Shown piece by piece: positions 14,794 through 29,014 of a stretch of DNA of 64,000 nucleotides (position 1 is its first letter; the number at the start of each line of letters is the position of its first letter). This stretch comes from Iphione sp. A-MEVVRFRX5. Its lineage: Eukaryota. Below the pieces are notes generated by a model that was not told where the DNA came from, made no database searches, and saw nothing but the letters and a program-made list of their open reading frames with translations. Location of the stretch: assembly GCA_976226885.1 (NCBI GenBank), contig OZ320313.1, positions 86,800,001-86,864,000 on the forward strand. The letters run 5' to 3'. Both the position numbers and the translations under genes were made by a program.

Positions 14794-17700
14794 TGTGAAT
14801 TTTGGCTATATCTATGATGTGGGTCATTAAAAATGGTATCGTTTACTATGTGATAGGCCTTGGATGCATCTGTCATTGCCGGTCCACAGTAATCATTTTT
14901 ATTAATTGCAGCATACGCTTCCCTGAGAAATATTGCTGTTGACGTTTTTTATGCCTCAGCCCTGTTTGAATCCGGGTTGTTCCTTATTGATAGCTTTTGG
15001 TGAATCCCATATCTGCATCATCTGGATATCTATATTACATGTATATAAAATTAGATTATATTAAACGGCTTACCCACTACAGACAGGATTGGTCTATAAT
15101 TCTTATCAGGGCTATTCTATCAATATTAAGGCATCTTTCAATGATTTTATTGGAATATGTATGCCTGACGATTTACATATTTTCATGTTTTGTACTTCTG
15201 GTCATACATTTTACTCTACAACAGATACTGGATGGAACAACCATGTGTTGAATTGTATGCGGGTGGTAGGTCTTCTAACATTGCAATAGAAATTTCTTCG
15301 GAGGAATTAAGTGAGGGACACTAACACTATCTCAATACTCCCTTTCCGCATTTTTAATAGTTTTCATACATTCCTCATTTCGCAGAAGAGTTTGCAAGAC
15401 ATTTTGCTCTTGCTTTCTTCTAGCCAATTAGCCTAATATTGAAATCATCTCCTAAGACTTTCAACATTTCCCTTTATACTAATAAATATTCCTGAGAAAC
15501 GACAGGTTATCCAGAGAGGGAAGGGTATGTACACCGTTGCGAATATTATATCTCTCCTATGAGGCTCTTGAGGTCTTACGCCTGTGTGTGTGGATTAAAT
15601 ACATATATATAATATGTATACCTCCATATGGCCTGTACATACATTATACCTAGTTATTTCTTTCAAGAGTGTTTCTTTTTGTGTATATGCCACTATTCCT
15701 CTGATGGTTAATGCTGTAGTGTTTTACCGATCTTGTCTAGGTGACAAATAATCAGTTAAAAACATATGGTCATGTGAAGTGCTTGGTTTCAGCCGGGTTT
15801 TAACTTATCCCTCTGCCTACCGATTTTATTTACACGAAGCGGCCTTTCGCTACAAACTGTCCTTGTTTATATATGAAAAGATAAGTAATTGGTTAATAAA
15901 TAGCCCCAACCCCTACACTCATCACGCCTTACAGATATTCCCTTGGATTCTTTGTGATAGCCATCCTTATCTGTTTAGCTCAGTCTATGCCGACCTTGTC
16001 CGATTGATGACGTCCATCAATGAGCTGCTCTTAACGGCTACTGTTCCTGCTATTTTGTAAGATAATAGGGTTTTCCGTATTTTGTGTGAACATGTTCATT
16101 TTCCTCTTACGATCTCTTATCTTGGAGTCTGCTGCCTATACGACAGTATTTAGCTTCACCTGGTCCTTAACATTGTAAGATGAGGGACCATAATATTGCC
16201 AGCCAATGCCGACAATGGGGCAAAGCACAATCTTTGGCCTAGTGTTTCTACAATGGATCTTTTCAATTGTACTGATAACGATTAGAAAACGTTGGATATA
16301 TTCTTCTACATTACCATGTCTCAACCTAATTCGTCAGGAATTTCCAACTGTTGTATTACAGATACCATCCTCCTTCTCGCCAATGGAGAAATGCCTTTCA
16401 AACGTCTGCAATTAGTAGTGCCTTCACATTTGTCACTACGACAGATACGCTAGAATGGAAAAGCTTGACATGAGATCATTGATTCAGTCGGATACAACCT
16501 AAACAAATCGCCAATTACATAACATACAATGTAGTTAGGATTCCCTACATGCCATTTGAGATATCGCACGTTTTTCATGTAGACAAGTTAACCCTCAGAT
16601 ATGTCTTTATTAACTACGCTTCCCTCACTGACCTGGCCAGACATAAGCATTGTCTTTTATCCTATCACAGAATGGACGAATCGCCAGGCACCGTTACTGC
16701 ATGGTTCTTTACTATTTGTGATGTCACAATAGAATCTCCACCAATCAGCTTGCTGTATTTCTAGACATTGTCTGAAAAAAACGGTAAACATAAGTGTAGG
16801 CTGTCAGTCTGACAAAAAGCTTATTGAATATGATTTCACTATACACAAGGTTTTTACACGATCTTAATGTTCACTTAAAGAGAGCCGCATCACAAGAAGG
16901 CAAGACGTCGAATTTAAATTTTCTGTTATAGTTTGCTCTGATTGCTGGACATTTCACGGGGGACTAGCGAGAAGATGCCACAGGTGAAAAGAGTAAGTTC
17001 ATCAAAGGAATGGTACAATTTGTATTTTATTGAATGGATCATAATTATAATGTAACCAATGTGTAGCGTACCGCATAATTTACACAGGATCCGTTTTGTA
17101 CTTACTGGAACTGCTAAGACATCCTCACCACATTTGGTTTTATTAACGCAGAATATACTTCTGGTCAGTTAGACAGAAAATATTGCACTGCATACGGAGC
17201 CTGATTGGTGACGCCTTGAGATTATTCTAAGGCCACTCTACTATGTAACTGACCCAGGTATGTCTCATCAAATCATGCTGCGTGTTCCGAGCATTCTTAC
17301 TGCCGAGGGAGACCGTAGCTGCAGACTAAACAATCCTCTCCTCTCCTCGATTATGCAGAAACGCAGCCAGAATGTTTACATCCTTACCCCGAGTAGGGCA
17401 GGTGAATCCATTACGACCCTGTCCTTGACGCCGCCATGCTTACCCAGCCCTAATTCGATCCGAATCATGCACCAATCGAGTCGTTCACCTGATCTTTCTT
17501 TGAGGCATATACATATGCTGCGCACTACTGCTCAGATATTATGAGGCCAGATTTTAACACACCGGTTTCACAAGAGCAGAGGTACATCAAAATGACGGCT
17601 CTTTATCGTTTTCTTTCCCATTTATTTCGTTTCGCAATCCAGCGCTAGAGGGATTGTATCAATGGAATGTTCTTTATTTTCTGACAAGTATATATTGTAC

Positions 17701-18849
17701 TAATGAAATGTTCTGTTCATTTTTGACAAGGATATTTACCTACATGACGGTTCGCATAATTGTGGCATTCTATATTCTATTCTACAATGTCGTTGCAATG
17801 AAAGCTTATTATTTTAATCTAAAAAAGTCTACTTGTAATCTACATAAATGAAACAGATGGAATAAAACATAATATAAATCTGAGGGTATTGAGCATGGGT
17901 CAAGGTGTGAAAATATACACTTTATTTCTTTATTTACACTAGAAAAATATATATAGTAAGTATATGGGTATCCAGCTTCTTCTTCCTATTCTCAAGGTAT
18001 GAAGGTATATGTGACATGTTCAAATATTTTCTAACTATTGGCAAACTCTATGTAAGTCCTTATCATGTATTCTGGCCGCCCACCTGAACATTTGGTTTAT
18101 GCATTTGTGTATGAGTTATTTAGGGGTTTCGATGTGATCATTATTAATTATCGAATAGCTATAGGAATCAGTATTACCTGCTGATACAATATTATATGAC
18201 TTGTATAGATTTTCTTACATAGAAGCAAATAGATAGTCTGCTGCCAGAGCAGCAAACAGAAACCAAATATTAAGAGACACTATTAGAGGGAGGAGAATAA
18301 CACAGGATTAGTACTAAACATTTGTCGTGCGAACTACACTTTATTAACATAATGAAGAAACCTTTTCAGGCCATATGAGGTAGCACACACACAGAGTTTG
18401 CGCGGTCGCACCGGGTTTTACACTGAAATACCACGCTCCAAACAATATACACTGTATGTACATTCGTGTTCATACATTCAGATCGTGATATGATATTAGA
18501 ATGTGGGATTAAACATAAGGAATCATTAGTGATGGGAAACATTCTGGAAAAAGGCTATGCAAACCTGTGGAGCAATTAAAAGTAGTTGTATTTGGAGCAG
18601 TTGTAGTTCCTAGGACATGGCTGCAGCATAGAGCTAATGGTTTATCAGAGTCCCTGATCGTCTAGAAGTTGTTAAAAACATCTCGAAGGACATAATGTTT
18701 CTGTAAATTGGAAAAGCCCCCAAGCTAAACATTAAATTCTAGTAGCCATAATAGCGAGAGCTAATTCAACCATATGCATCTTAACATGTGAGGGTATTGA
18801 AAACGATGCGATAGATAAAGACTGTATTACTGGTGATGTCTGGTTGGTA

Positions 18850-19000
18850 TCAAGAACTGGTGCAGTAGTGGCGAAATGTCAAAATGGTAACAGCATGGTT
18901 CAAATGGGGTAAAATGAGCGCTAGTAAATATTTGTTAACCCAAGCGGCGCAAACTGATGAGAGCATGCAGAAAAAAACAAAATCACACGATAAGCGAAAA
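18850..19000 (-). mobile_element. Possible LINE RT C-terminal fragment
   Basis: YLLALILPHLNHAVTIL resembles the LY-SLI-PHL-YC motif after the RT core of L2/CR1/Jockey LINEs. Short and degenerate. Confidence 0.3.
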
Positions 19001-21599
19001 AGAAAGAAGAGACAAATAAATAAATGACGTGAAATGGAGTCTGTAGTGAAGTGTATGCAGTTAAGCTGAGCTAAGGAAGAGAGAATCACAAGAGAAAATG
19101 AGGGCCGCACCAGCACGGATGCCTATCTTACTATAGCTTTTCCTAGAGACCTCAGCCCCAATGAAAACTCATATTATATCACACTGAGCAGTATAGGCCT
19201 CTAAATACGAGGCAGCAGTCTCTCATATGGTATCATCCAATATGTGATCAATGCAGCATTTCCCATGGAATTTATGCTAAACTACTAATTCTGAGCAGGA
19301 AGTAACCAATAACATTGCACAAATTGTTTGTATGCCAAGCACTGATGGTTTAAAGTTTTATAGAACGATTTCCTAAATTATCTAGTAACTGATCAATATT
19401 GGATATGTTTGAAATGCAATGAATTTACAATAATTTATCCTGGATTTGTACCTGTTTCCTTGCATAAATAACAGAAAAGTTAAAAAGGTGGAGCCGGTAC
19501 AAGTAACTATGTGTTCATAATGAATAAAACGTGATTTACTAAAATGTGTTATTCCACACCCATGTGGTACACACGACCATGTACACCCCCCTTATAGGCA
19601 ATTTTTCTGTCATTGTCTAACACCACACAGTGGTGATACGTGGTGCATGTACCACACAATTCAGAAGGTCATTCTAACCCAAACAAAATGGCAGGTACGT
19701 GTCGATTCAATTTTGTAACAAAGTATTATAATGAAATACATGTAATCAGAATGTCACGTTCTTCAAAAACGGATGTTTTCAAAGTTTAGTCCACTACACA
19801 TGCCTGTGCTGACCTACCATGTATATGCGTAGTCTAAAATCTGTAAACATCCAATTGGAGCTAAATACCTAGATACTTCATCAAAAAGGTATTAAACTAT
19901 TTCATCATGTTAATTTGTGACTTTCTGACTATATAAGTGTGGAATCAAGAGAATACGTCCACATACATCTACCTCTGAGAAAATACTTGCAGGGGCTTCA
20001 AATAATTTTGGATAAACAAGAGCAAACAAAAGTCAAAAATAATTTTGTACGTGAAGATTAAGGAGTTTGGAGCTGAGCGGACAGTAAGAATAAACGTCAT
20101 AGTTTGATATGCAGGTGTAACATAATAACTGAGGGAAGCCCAATCCTTGACCGGGTCTTCACAAATATGACAAACTTTTCATGTGCTGGATAAGTCCACA
20201 ACTGTTCTAGTGACCATGTCAATCAACATTAACTTCAAAACAAGTCAAGGTACGGGTACTAAAATTATCCATATCCTTTTTTCACTTTATTTAGTAGAAT
20301 CTACACACGGGCAGTCATGCTTTTATATGAGATTTTTGTGTGTAGGTTTCCCTTCGATGATATTGCCTCAGTATTATGAGTTGATGAATATTTGTATTTC
20401 AATATTTATATATACATGTATATCATTTATCTCTTTCATATGAGATACTCATCTGACATGTTCTAAATATCATCTGCTCTATTCACTAAACTCCTAATTA
20501 TCTCTCTTCCATTGATATTGAATGCTATTAATGCTTCTTCTGTTATTTCTATATATGCTCTGCTGGCCGGTACCTACATGATACTTAATACACACGATCA
20601 CATCTCAGATAGCACAAGGCCCCACTTTCAACTCCGTAACCTCCACAAATTCTAGGTATCATGGAGGACTGCAGAGTAGCCAAAATTCAGCCTAGGACAC
20701 CTTCACTTGATTCAGCTGTTCTTGTCTACACCTGTGCCACTGCCTGCAACATCCAAACTAGCGCCCATCCAACATCCACTGCTCTTTGCAGGAGGGGACT
20801 ACGCTGACACTATAGTTACTACAGTGTAACCACCCTAACCATAAAATGGACATCTTGTATTGTGTGGTTGTATCCTGTAAATCCATTATGGTTGTTTGTG
20901 TTTGAATCGATTAGATCCATTGGATAAGAATTGTTCTTCTGTTATAAAATTAGGTGATATCAACAAAATTATTTCCATGTCTCGATTTGAATATTGAAAA
21001 TGTGATTTTACAATAACTGTTCATTTAGTTTAAACTAAAATATATTTCTTGTCTTTGTTGTTTTTGTAATATGGTTTTGCTTATTAAGTGGGTGAAGATA
21101 TTGAAAACTAAATTCGTATTTCCACTCAATGAAAAACGTCCTAGTAAGGACGATTGATGGAATAAAACCCTTTATTGTCCTATCTTATCCATGGTGACAT
21201 TCTCTTCACCAATGATATTGCTTCTTTTTATACAAGTTAAGGGAAAAAATGTCGCCCGCAATATCCAGTATGGATTTTAACATTTTTGAGAAAATATGAC
21301 ACCTGATTTATTCAATTTTGGTGAAATACAGGTCCTTCTATGTGTTGAAACAATGGTTAAATGTCTTTTCTAGGTTTTGACTAACCCTCTCAGCCTTGGG
21401 CCTATCAGCCCTTGACTTAGGGGCTTAGCCCTATGAGCCGAACGCAGAAAAGACACTCAACTGCTACAATGTTGTATACATGTATTATGTTTTCAAGACC
21501 CGAAATCATAGGTGAAATTATTTGCACTCTTTCACGTCCTTTACAGAATGTTGCATATGTTACTTGGGCAGTGACGTTTGTGTGCAATCCTTGTAATTG

Positions 21600-24400
21600 C
21601 CTGGGGTTTTTTTTCAAGAAAAAGAAGGAACGCCTGTGGGGTGGGCCATGTAAGTAGTATATGGAAAGTGGACATCCACTCAGGCATCAAATAGAGTCCA
21701 ATGCAAGGGAGATTACAGGTAGCTGCTACACTCCGCACAGTCGTGGGCCATAAATTCATGAAGGTAATAAAGATTCTGTCCAGCCTGTCAGATCATAGCA
21801 GGACAAAAAGGACCCAAATCACATACTTAATGAACTAAGAGGGCACTTTGTTCCCCAGCAACCTGTACTTTATGAGTGGTACAAGTTCAATAGCACCACT
21901 AAGAAAGGAGAAACTGTGAATGAAGACATCATTTATCCATAAAAGCTGGTCAAATCCTGTGAGTTTGGCACACTAAAAGATAGCATCATCTGTGACAGGT
22001 TGGATACCACCACTACAGATGATGTCTGCTGAGATTGTCTCCTCAGAAAATGTACTGTCCCTGACCTGAACTGATGCATTGAGTGTCTTCATGCAACCAA
22101 ACTATCAAGGAGCCACGAACAACACATCGGCTGTAACTACAAGTAAAGAATTGGCTGACCACTTGCATGAGAAGCCTAAACAGAAGAATAAGAAGACTTC
22201 ACAGAAAGGGAAACAGCCAGCCACCCAGTAAAACAGCTAAAGCCACTCATCAGACAGAGTTACATGCATCTGGTGTGATGCAAGCCCAGTACATCCATGA
22301 AAAGTCTGCCCTGCTTATGATGCAAAGTGTCATAAGTGAAGACATTGATGTGGCATTTTTGGATGAAGTAAAAAGTCCTTCAACTGTTGACTTCTGGACA
22401 GCAGACTTATACGACAACCAGCACCCTACTACTTTCAAGCTTGATAGTGGAGCTGGAGTCACCATCATCAGTGAGATAAAACCCTAGCTGAGAGACTTTT
22501 CTCAACATCTGAACACATGTCAGTTCTGTAAAGCAGGGAATGTTGATCTCACTGATCATGTCATAGGAAAGATCCCTATGCCACACTAGAAAACAATGGT
22601 GACATGGTGTTTGAGGATATCTTTGTGATGCATGGACAGGAATACAACCTGCTAAGCAAAAAAGCTTGTCAATAACTTTAACTCCTTAAGCTATCAGAAG
22701 CTGTCTATAAAAAAGGATGAGTACCAAACTTCTAGGCTGAGTTCCAAAATCTCTTGGCTGCTTAAAAAGTCCATACAGGATTGTGCTTATCCTTGATGCT
22801 GAGCCTGTCTACCTCTACACAACTAAGAGAATTGTACATCCTCTCCTGGGAAAAGTGCATGAATAGCTGGTTACAATGAAGAAAGAGTCATTTCAGAGGT
22901 CAAGGAGCCAATGTCATGGTGGTATCAGATGGTATGCATCCTGAAATCACAGTATGGATCTGTATCAACCTCACAGCTCTCAATAAGGAAGTCAGACATG
23001 AGATTCATCCAATGGCCACTGTCAATGAAAATCTGGCCAAAGTCAAGGGTTTCAGAGTTTTCAGCATATTGTATGCATACTCCGGATTCTGGCAAATACC
23101 CTTGGAAGCCAGTGGTTTCTGACTACTTTTATCATAGCATTCAGCTGGTTCTGGTTCATGTCCAGACCAGATTATTGCAGAAGCTCTATCACAAGCTCCA
23201 GTTAGCAAAGCGATGGCTGCAGAAATCTCACAGGTCAATGAGGTGAGTCAATTTGCCTCACAGACCATGAAGCACCTGCCAGCAACAGAGGTCCGATTGA
23301 ACCAAATCAAGCAGGCTCAAGACAAAGACCCCATCATGAGCTTAAGTCCTACACAAGAAATGGTTGGCCTGGATACATGCCTCAACAAGCCCTACTGCAG
23401 CCCTCTTTAGAAAAGAGACATCATCTGATTATAAAGTACAGCCTACTAATGTACAATGATTGCATTGTCATCCCTCAGACTCTTCAATTAGAGGTCCTTG
23501 AGCAGATCCACCAAGGTCACCTGGCCATCACAAAATGCCAATAACAGGCAATGGGTAGCTGTTGGTGGCCTCAGCCCATAAGTCCATAAGCAAGCAGATC
23601 AAAGCTATGTGTAACAAATGCCCTAACTGCATGATTCACTGTCTCAAAAGGAAAGAGCCCCTCTTCACATTATCATTCCCTGACTATGTCTGGGAACAAG
23701 AAGAGACTGACTTCTTTGAACTCGACAAGAAGACATACACTTTTGTTGCAGATCATTACTCAAGCTGGATCAAGTGTTGATACCTGGATCAGATGACATC
23801 AGCATATGCCATCAAAGCTCTGAAAACTTGTTTATGGCATCCCCAACTATATCATCTCTGACAACGGGCTTCAAAGCCTTTTCAGAAGAGTACAACTTCA
23901 TACACATCACCTCTTTCCCACTTTACCCTCAGTCTAATGGCAAGGTAGAACATGTAGATCAAACTGCCAAGAACATCCTAGAGAAAAACACAAATTCTCA
24001 TCTGGATTTCTGCCCTACCATTCAACTCTTCTCCAGAGAGGACAGTCTCCATGTCAGCTACTATTGGAATGGAACATACAATCAGCACTTCCAACAACAT
24101 GAAAGAAGCTTGAGAAAACACCCAGTGACAATCCAGAGAAGGTGCAGTCCAACGAAGAAAACTACAGGGAGAAGTCTGCCCTTAATTTCAATCTACACCA
24201 CTGCACAGTCACTTTCTCTCCCTTTATCAATGGTGATACTAGATGGATCAAGGAGCAATATAAACTTGGTGAAGTTCAGGAACACAATACCAGTGCCCAG
24301 TTCTACCAAACCCTGACCGAATCAAGATCCTCCATAAGAAGAAACAGACAGGCTTTCATTCACACTGGCACCAACAACAGATCCCCAGCTGATGGCCAAC
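21600..24400 (+). mobile_element. Decayed Ty3/Gypsy LTR retrotransposon, copy 1 (gag-PR-RT-IN remnants)
   Basis: Gag-like QVAATLRTVVG and ELRGHFVPQ. Protease TTFKLDSGAGVTII (about 22430-22470). RT DLTALNKEVRHEIHPM and AYSGFWQIPL. Integrase zinc region IHQGHLAITKC…KCPNC and core PDYVWEQEETDFFEL…VADHYS, YPQSNGKVE. Many stops and frameshifts; visibly CpG-depleted. Boundaries approximate. Confidence 0.85.
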
Positions 24401-24740
24401 CAGTGAGCTCAACACCTAAAAGGTCACATCCTGTTACCAATTTCCTGTCATTCAAATATTTGTGGATGAGTTCTAACAGCCTTCCTACTGCCAAATTTGT
24501 GGCCCGGCTCTTTCTAAAGCCAAATTGTTCAGCACATAAAATTTTGTTCACCTCCATATGCAAGTGTATCCGATTATTTATCATTCTTTCCATTATTTTA
24601 ATACTAGCAGGTAAAAAGCTAATTGGTCTAAACTTTGTTGGCTCTGATTTAGGTTTATTCTTATGTACAGGGACAAGATCAGCGTCCGTCCATGGTTGAG
24701 GCAACTCACATCTATCCAATACACTGTATTTCATTGTAAA
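24400..24740 (-). mobile_element. LINE RT fragment lying between the two Gypsy remnants
   Basis: ORF 24360-24734 gives LPQPWTDADLVPVHK, KFRPISFLP, IKIMERMIN and EQFGFRKSRAT, the N-terminal RT subdomains of a LINE. Confidence 0.85.
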
Positions 24741-26078
24741 GGGGTAGTAGGTCTAGAGATAGATCAATAAATAATTCTTTAAATAAATGCATAGGCATGC
24801 CCATCAATTTACTAGACTTATCATTTGGAAGACTTGCCACAGCCAAACATCATTCATATCCATTCAACAGGGGCATCAGCATTTCAGGGTAACATTCGTA
24901 CTTGGATAGAGACACCACATTATCATTAGGAAATTCCCCTAAATTCTCATTCGCCACATTTATATAGTGTTCGTTCAGTATTGTCTGGTAATGCATGTGA
25001 GAAATTGAAGCTGATTGACTTCAACAAGGAGGATGTTGTCCACACAATTTTTATTGTGGAGCTCACACAAGAACAAGTTCTTAGTGACTACAAGGACATC
25101 TTCGAAGGACTTATACATGGAGATAGGTCCATCCATTCCCAGTGTACAGAACTGACCACACCAGGTGCCAGTTCCCTCCAAAGCAAGTTAAAACTCAAGC
25201 AAGTGGAACAAGAACATGACAAAAGTGACTGAGCCAATAAGATGGATCAGAAATATGGTGACTTTGAAGAAACCTGGAAAGCTGAGAATCTGCATAGACC
25301 CAAAAGACCTAAACAAGTTAATACAAAGACTGCATTTTCCGACTGAAGACCATCAAAGATGTTGCAGCCTGCCTTGCACAGTCAGAAGTGTACAGTATGG
25401 CTGATAAGAAAGATAGATTTTTGCAGGTGGAACTACATGAGGAGTATAGTTACCTTACTACTTTCTGGACTCCACAATGAAGGCATCAATGACTATGCCC
25501 CAGAGGAGTTTGGCTGACAATTCTTTGAGAAACTTGAGGGCCTCAACAACACTGAAATCATCACTGATGATATCCATATCTATGGATCAGTTGACACCTA
25601 TGAAGAGGCCATTCATCAACATCAAACTGCTTGAGAGAGCTAGAGCATGCAATTTAAAGTTGAACAAGGGAAAGCTAAAGTCCAAACTCACCATTTGTAG
25701 CATACATAGATCATGTCATTGATAACAAAGAACTCTCTCACGACCCTCGGAAAGCCAGAGCCATTGTTGCCTCAATATGAAAATGTGCAAGCTATGCAAT
25801 GTTTGCTTGACATGACCAGAGACTTGGACAAATTTCTCAAGAAACTGTCAGAGGTCTGTGAACCCCTGTGACATCTATGTGACAAGGACCATCCCTTTGA
25901 GTGGCTACCACAACATGAGTGGGCCTTTCAAAGGGTGAAGTCAATGATAACAGAAGGACAAGTTCTCCACTACTATGATGTATCACAACCAGTCACCATT
26001 AAGTGTGATGCAAGCTCAGTAAGTTTGGGTGCAGTGCTCATGCAAGAAGGTCAGCCCATGTGTTTTGCCAGCAGAGTA

Positions 26079-26257
26079 CAGTTGCCTCCACCTAAAGCAA
26101 CCACCAAAGGGACTGTACAAAACTGGTTGCACTGGCCAACTGGTCGCCGAAAGCATTGGTTATTCCTCCTAATTGATTTGATTTGTTGTTTAAAATACGG
26201 GTCGCACTGGCCAACTGGTCGCCCTAGCCAAATGGTCGCAGGGTGAGAGTCTACTTG
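26079..26257. mobile_element. Old Tc1/mariner(pogo)-type MITE inserted in the Gypsy RNase H
   Basis: Interrupts RNase H between FASR and (T)QRNYCQLEKE. Starts TA|CAGTTGCCTCC; the right end is a weak inverted copy. Contains the internal direct repeat GCACTGGCCAACTGGTCGCC twice. Right boundary uncertain by a few bp. Confidence 0.55.
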
Positions 26258-27144
26258 TTGAAGACAGCGTAATTACTGTCAGCTAGAGAAGGAATGCCTA
26301 GCTATTTGCTTTGCATTGGAAAAATTTGACAACTGTGTCATAGGGAAGCATGTTACTGTATTGAGTGATCACAAACCCCTAGAGAAGGGGGTCAAGAAAT
26401 CAATTCTACCTTCTCAACAGCATCTGCAGAGGATGAGACTGTGTCTGCAGAAATCCGACCTGACAGTCTGCTACAAAAAGGGCCCAGAAAAGTTTGTCTC
26501 TGATGTGCTTAGCAAGGCCTTTCTCCTATCACAGCCAGGGCATTCTGACACAGAGTGCCTAGTCCATCATTTATGCACCAAAGACTCTATCTACACTGAG
26601 ATGGAGACAACAGATAGCTCACTTGATGTGTCTGTGAGTAGGGAACAGATGAGTAGGATAAACCTTCACACAGCCAAGGATGTAGTTCTACCTGCAACTA
26701 GCAGATGTCATCAATATTGTATGGATGGATGACAAACAAGCCATTCCCAAGGCTGTGGGTGAATACTGGCCTTATAGCGATGAACTTACATGTGGTGATG
26801 GTCTGCTGTACTGTGGTACTGGGGTGATCATCCCCCAAAGCATGAGAGCTAAGATGATTGAGAAGGCACATGCCTCTCACCAAGGGATACAAGCAACCCT
26901 TTGTCACTGCTACAGTATCATCTACTGGCCAGTGCAGTATCTGTTGTGAGTCAGCCATGAACCAGCAAAAGGAACCAATGATGAGGCATCCAACCCAGAA
27001 ATATCTATACCAGATTGTTTTAAGCTTGAAGGAAAGCACTAGGTCATCACCACTGACCATTACAGTGACTTCATTGATGTTGATGAGCTACCAAACATGC
27101 ATCCAAAGTCAGTGATCAAGTTCTTAAAAAGAACCTTTGGTATA

Positions 27145-27859
27145 CAGTCCACTCTCTCAATTCCGGACACCCTCCGTTCTGCTTCAAACCGTCCGCATTT
27201 GAGAGGCGTCCGCATTGGAGATCAGACCAGGGCAAGTAATTTTGTAGGGGGGTCTGGGATGGAAGCAATATCCCTTTCTCCCTCTCTCTCTAGTAACAGG
27301 TGTATACTCTCTGAAACGTCCAAAAAGTGCTGAATTTGATGACTCTAAGTCCAAAAAGTGCTGAATTTGATGACTGAAAGTCCAAAAAGTGCTGAATTTG
27401 ATGACTTAAAGTCCAAAAAGTACTGAATTTGATGACTAAAAGAGGTGTGAGATACAGTCCCTCCAGGGTGTGAGAGACATCAGAGAGGTCGCCGTTGACA
27501 CTCCATACCTCTCAATTTGTTAGGGTTGTGCGACAGTAGCTAAATCAAAGCAACAGCTACTCTTTGATGGGTGTCGGGGGGGTTTGCAGGCCCTCGTGAG
27601 CTGTAATTTAGCGTCAAGGTGAGAAAAATTTGGTACTGAGGGTGTCAGGGGCTCTGGGAGCCCCCAAATTCGAGCTAAAACATATACAGAGTTGTAAAAT
27701 CAGCTGTCCGCAGAGGGGCGTGTCTAAAATGTTGCCGTCCGCATTCAAGACGTTAGATTATAATGGTTAACTATAGGAACTCAGTCGGTTCTGTGTCAAA
27801 TCGTCCGCATTGTAGACGTGTCCGCTTCCAAGACGCGTCCGCAGGCAGGGAGTGTACTG
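27145..27859. mobile_element. TA-TSD MITE (715 bp) inserted in the Gypsy integrase
   Basis: TA at 27143-44 and 27860-61. TIR CAGTCCACTCTC versus CAGTACACTCCC. Removing it rejoins the integrase as FLKRTFGI+HGILSLLI…NYTSNEF. Confidence 0.85.
27318..27441 (+). repeat. 31-bp tandem repeat x4 inside the MITE
   Basis: Unit GTCCAAAAAGTGCTGAATTTGATGACTNNAA, four near-identical copies. Confidence 0.95.
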
Positions 27860-28872
27860 TACATGGAATTCTATCACTGCTGATCTACTAACAATAGAAC
27901 CAATTATACATCAAATGAGTTTCCAGAGTTTTCAAGGAAATACAACTTCAACCATGTGACCAGCTTGCCATATCATCCACAAGGTAATGGCAGAGCCGAA
28001 GAAGCAGTAAAAGTTGTGAAAAATCTAATACAAGGGTAAAGAACAAGACAGACATCTACATCATGCTGCTTGAATAATGCAACACACCATCCTAAAACTT
28101 AGACTCCAGTCCTACGCAGTGCTTCATGTCCAGATGTACCAAGTCACTACTACCTGCAGCTGAGGCAAAGTGAATGCTTCACATCATCAACATTGTACCT
28201 GAAAATTTGCCTAAGAATAAACAGAAGAACAAGCACAGCTTTAACTGTAGCATGTGGTGCAAATCCATGTGAAACCACAAATATCTTCTGCCTGTAAAGT
28301 ACAAGAGAAGGTTGGTTCACAATCCTACATAGTCAATGCCAATAACCAGCTGTTACACCAAAACTGTCACTGCTGAAGGCAGACTCAGGAAAGATTTGAC
28401 ACCCCTCACCAATCAAGCCCAACACTGCCATAGCCAACGATAGTGCCAATCCTGAACCAATTAAGCACCTGTTCCAGTATCTCCACAGCTTCAGTCTGTT
28501 AGTCAAGCCAAGACCCATTCAGGCAAGCTGAGAGCAGTAACAAGATCTGGTCACACATCGAGACAACTGGCATATTTAGTGAAAGACTTCATGAAATAGT
28601 AACAACATAAGATGTTCCACCATGGCCAGAATAATGCCAGAAACATAAAAAGAATGGGTCACAGTTTATGGCAATGATATCATTATTACTCAAAAGTTAA
28701 TCATGGTATTTACAGTGTCTCACTTTCACTTCATAACAAAAGTTTGCTTAAAGGTAACTTACATATGTAAAAGCCATTACAGACATTTCTTTAATTTGAA
28801 AAAAAGACTTTTGTGACACATGTACCTCACAGATCTGACAAAAACTTAACTTTCTTTAACATCTAAGTTTCT

Positions 28873-29014
28873 AAAAAAAAAAGGGGGGGTGTAGCTGATT
28901 GTGATGTTTACAGCCACCATCTCTATACATACAGGCACAATAAAGCACTTCCTGTCTACCACCAGCTCAGACCTGCTCCTCTCTCTACATGTGCAACAAC
29001 ACAATGAAAATACA
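28873..29014 (+). repeat. Polypurine tract and short 3' LTR of Gypsy copy 2
   Basis: A10G7 purine tract (28873-28889) immediately followed by TGTAGC (28890). Contains AATAAA. Possible …ACA ends at 29003 or 29014. Confidence 0.6.

Larger units (their letters stand above)
24790..29014 (+). mobile_element. Decayed Ty3/Gypsy LTR retrotransposon, copy 2 (5'-truncated pol, PPT and 3' LTR)
   Basis: RT EPIRWIRNMVTLKKPGKLRICIDPKDLNK. RNase H YYDVSQPVTIKCDASSVSLGAVLMQEG, NYCQLEKECLAI, VLSDHKPLE. Integrase KAHASHQG, TDHYSDFID, SLPYHPQGNGRAEEAVK. The PPT and LTR start are listed separately. Interrupted by two MITEs. Confidence 0.88.

Noticed and set aside
27318-27441. CRISPR-like array of ~31-bp repeats (also 33948-34101)
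   Set aside because: The units are directly adjacent with no unique spacers, lie inside MITEs, and have no cas genes; the context is eukaryotic.
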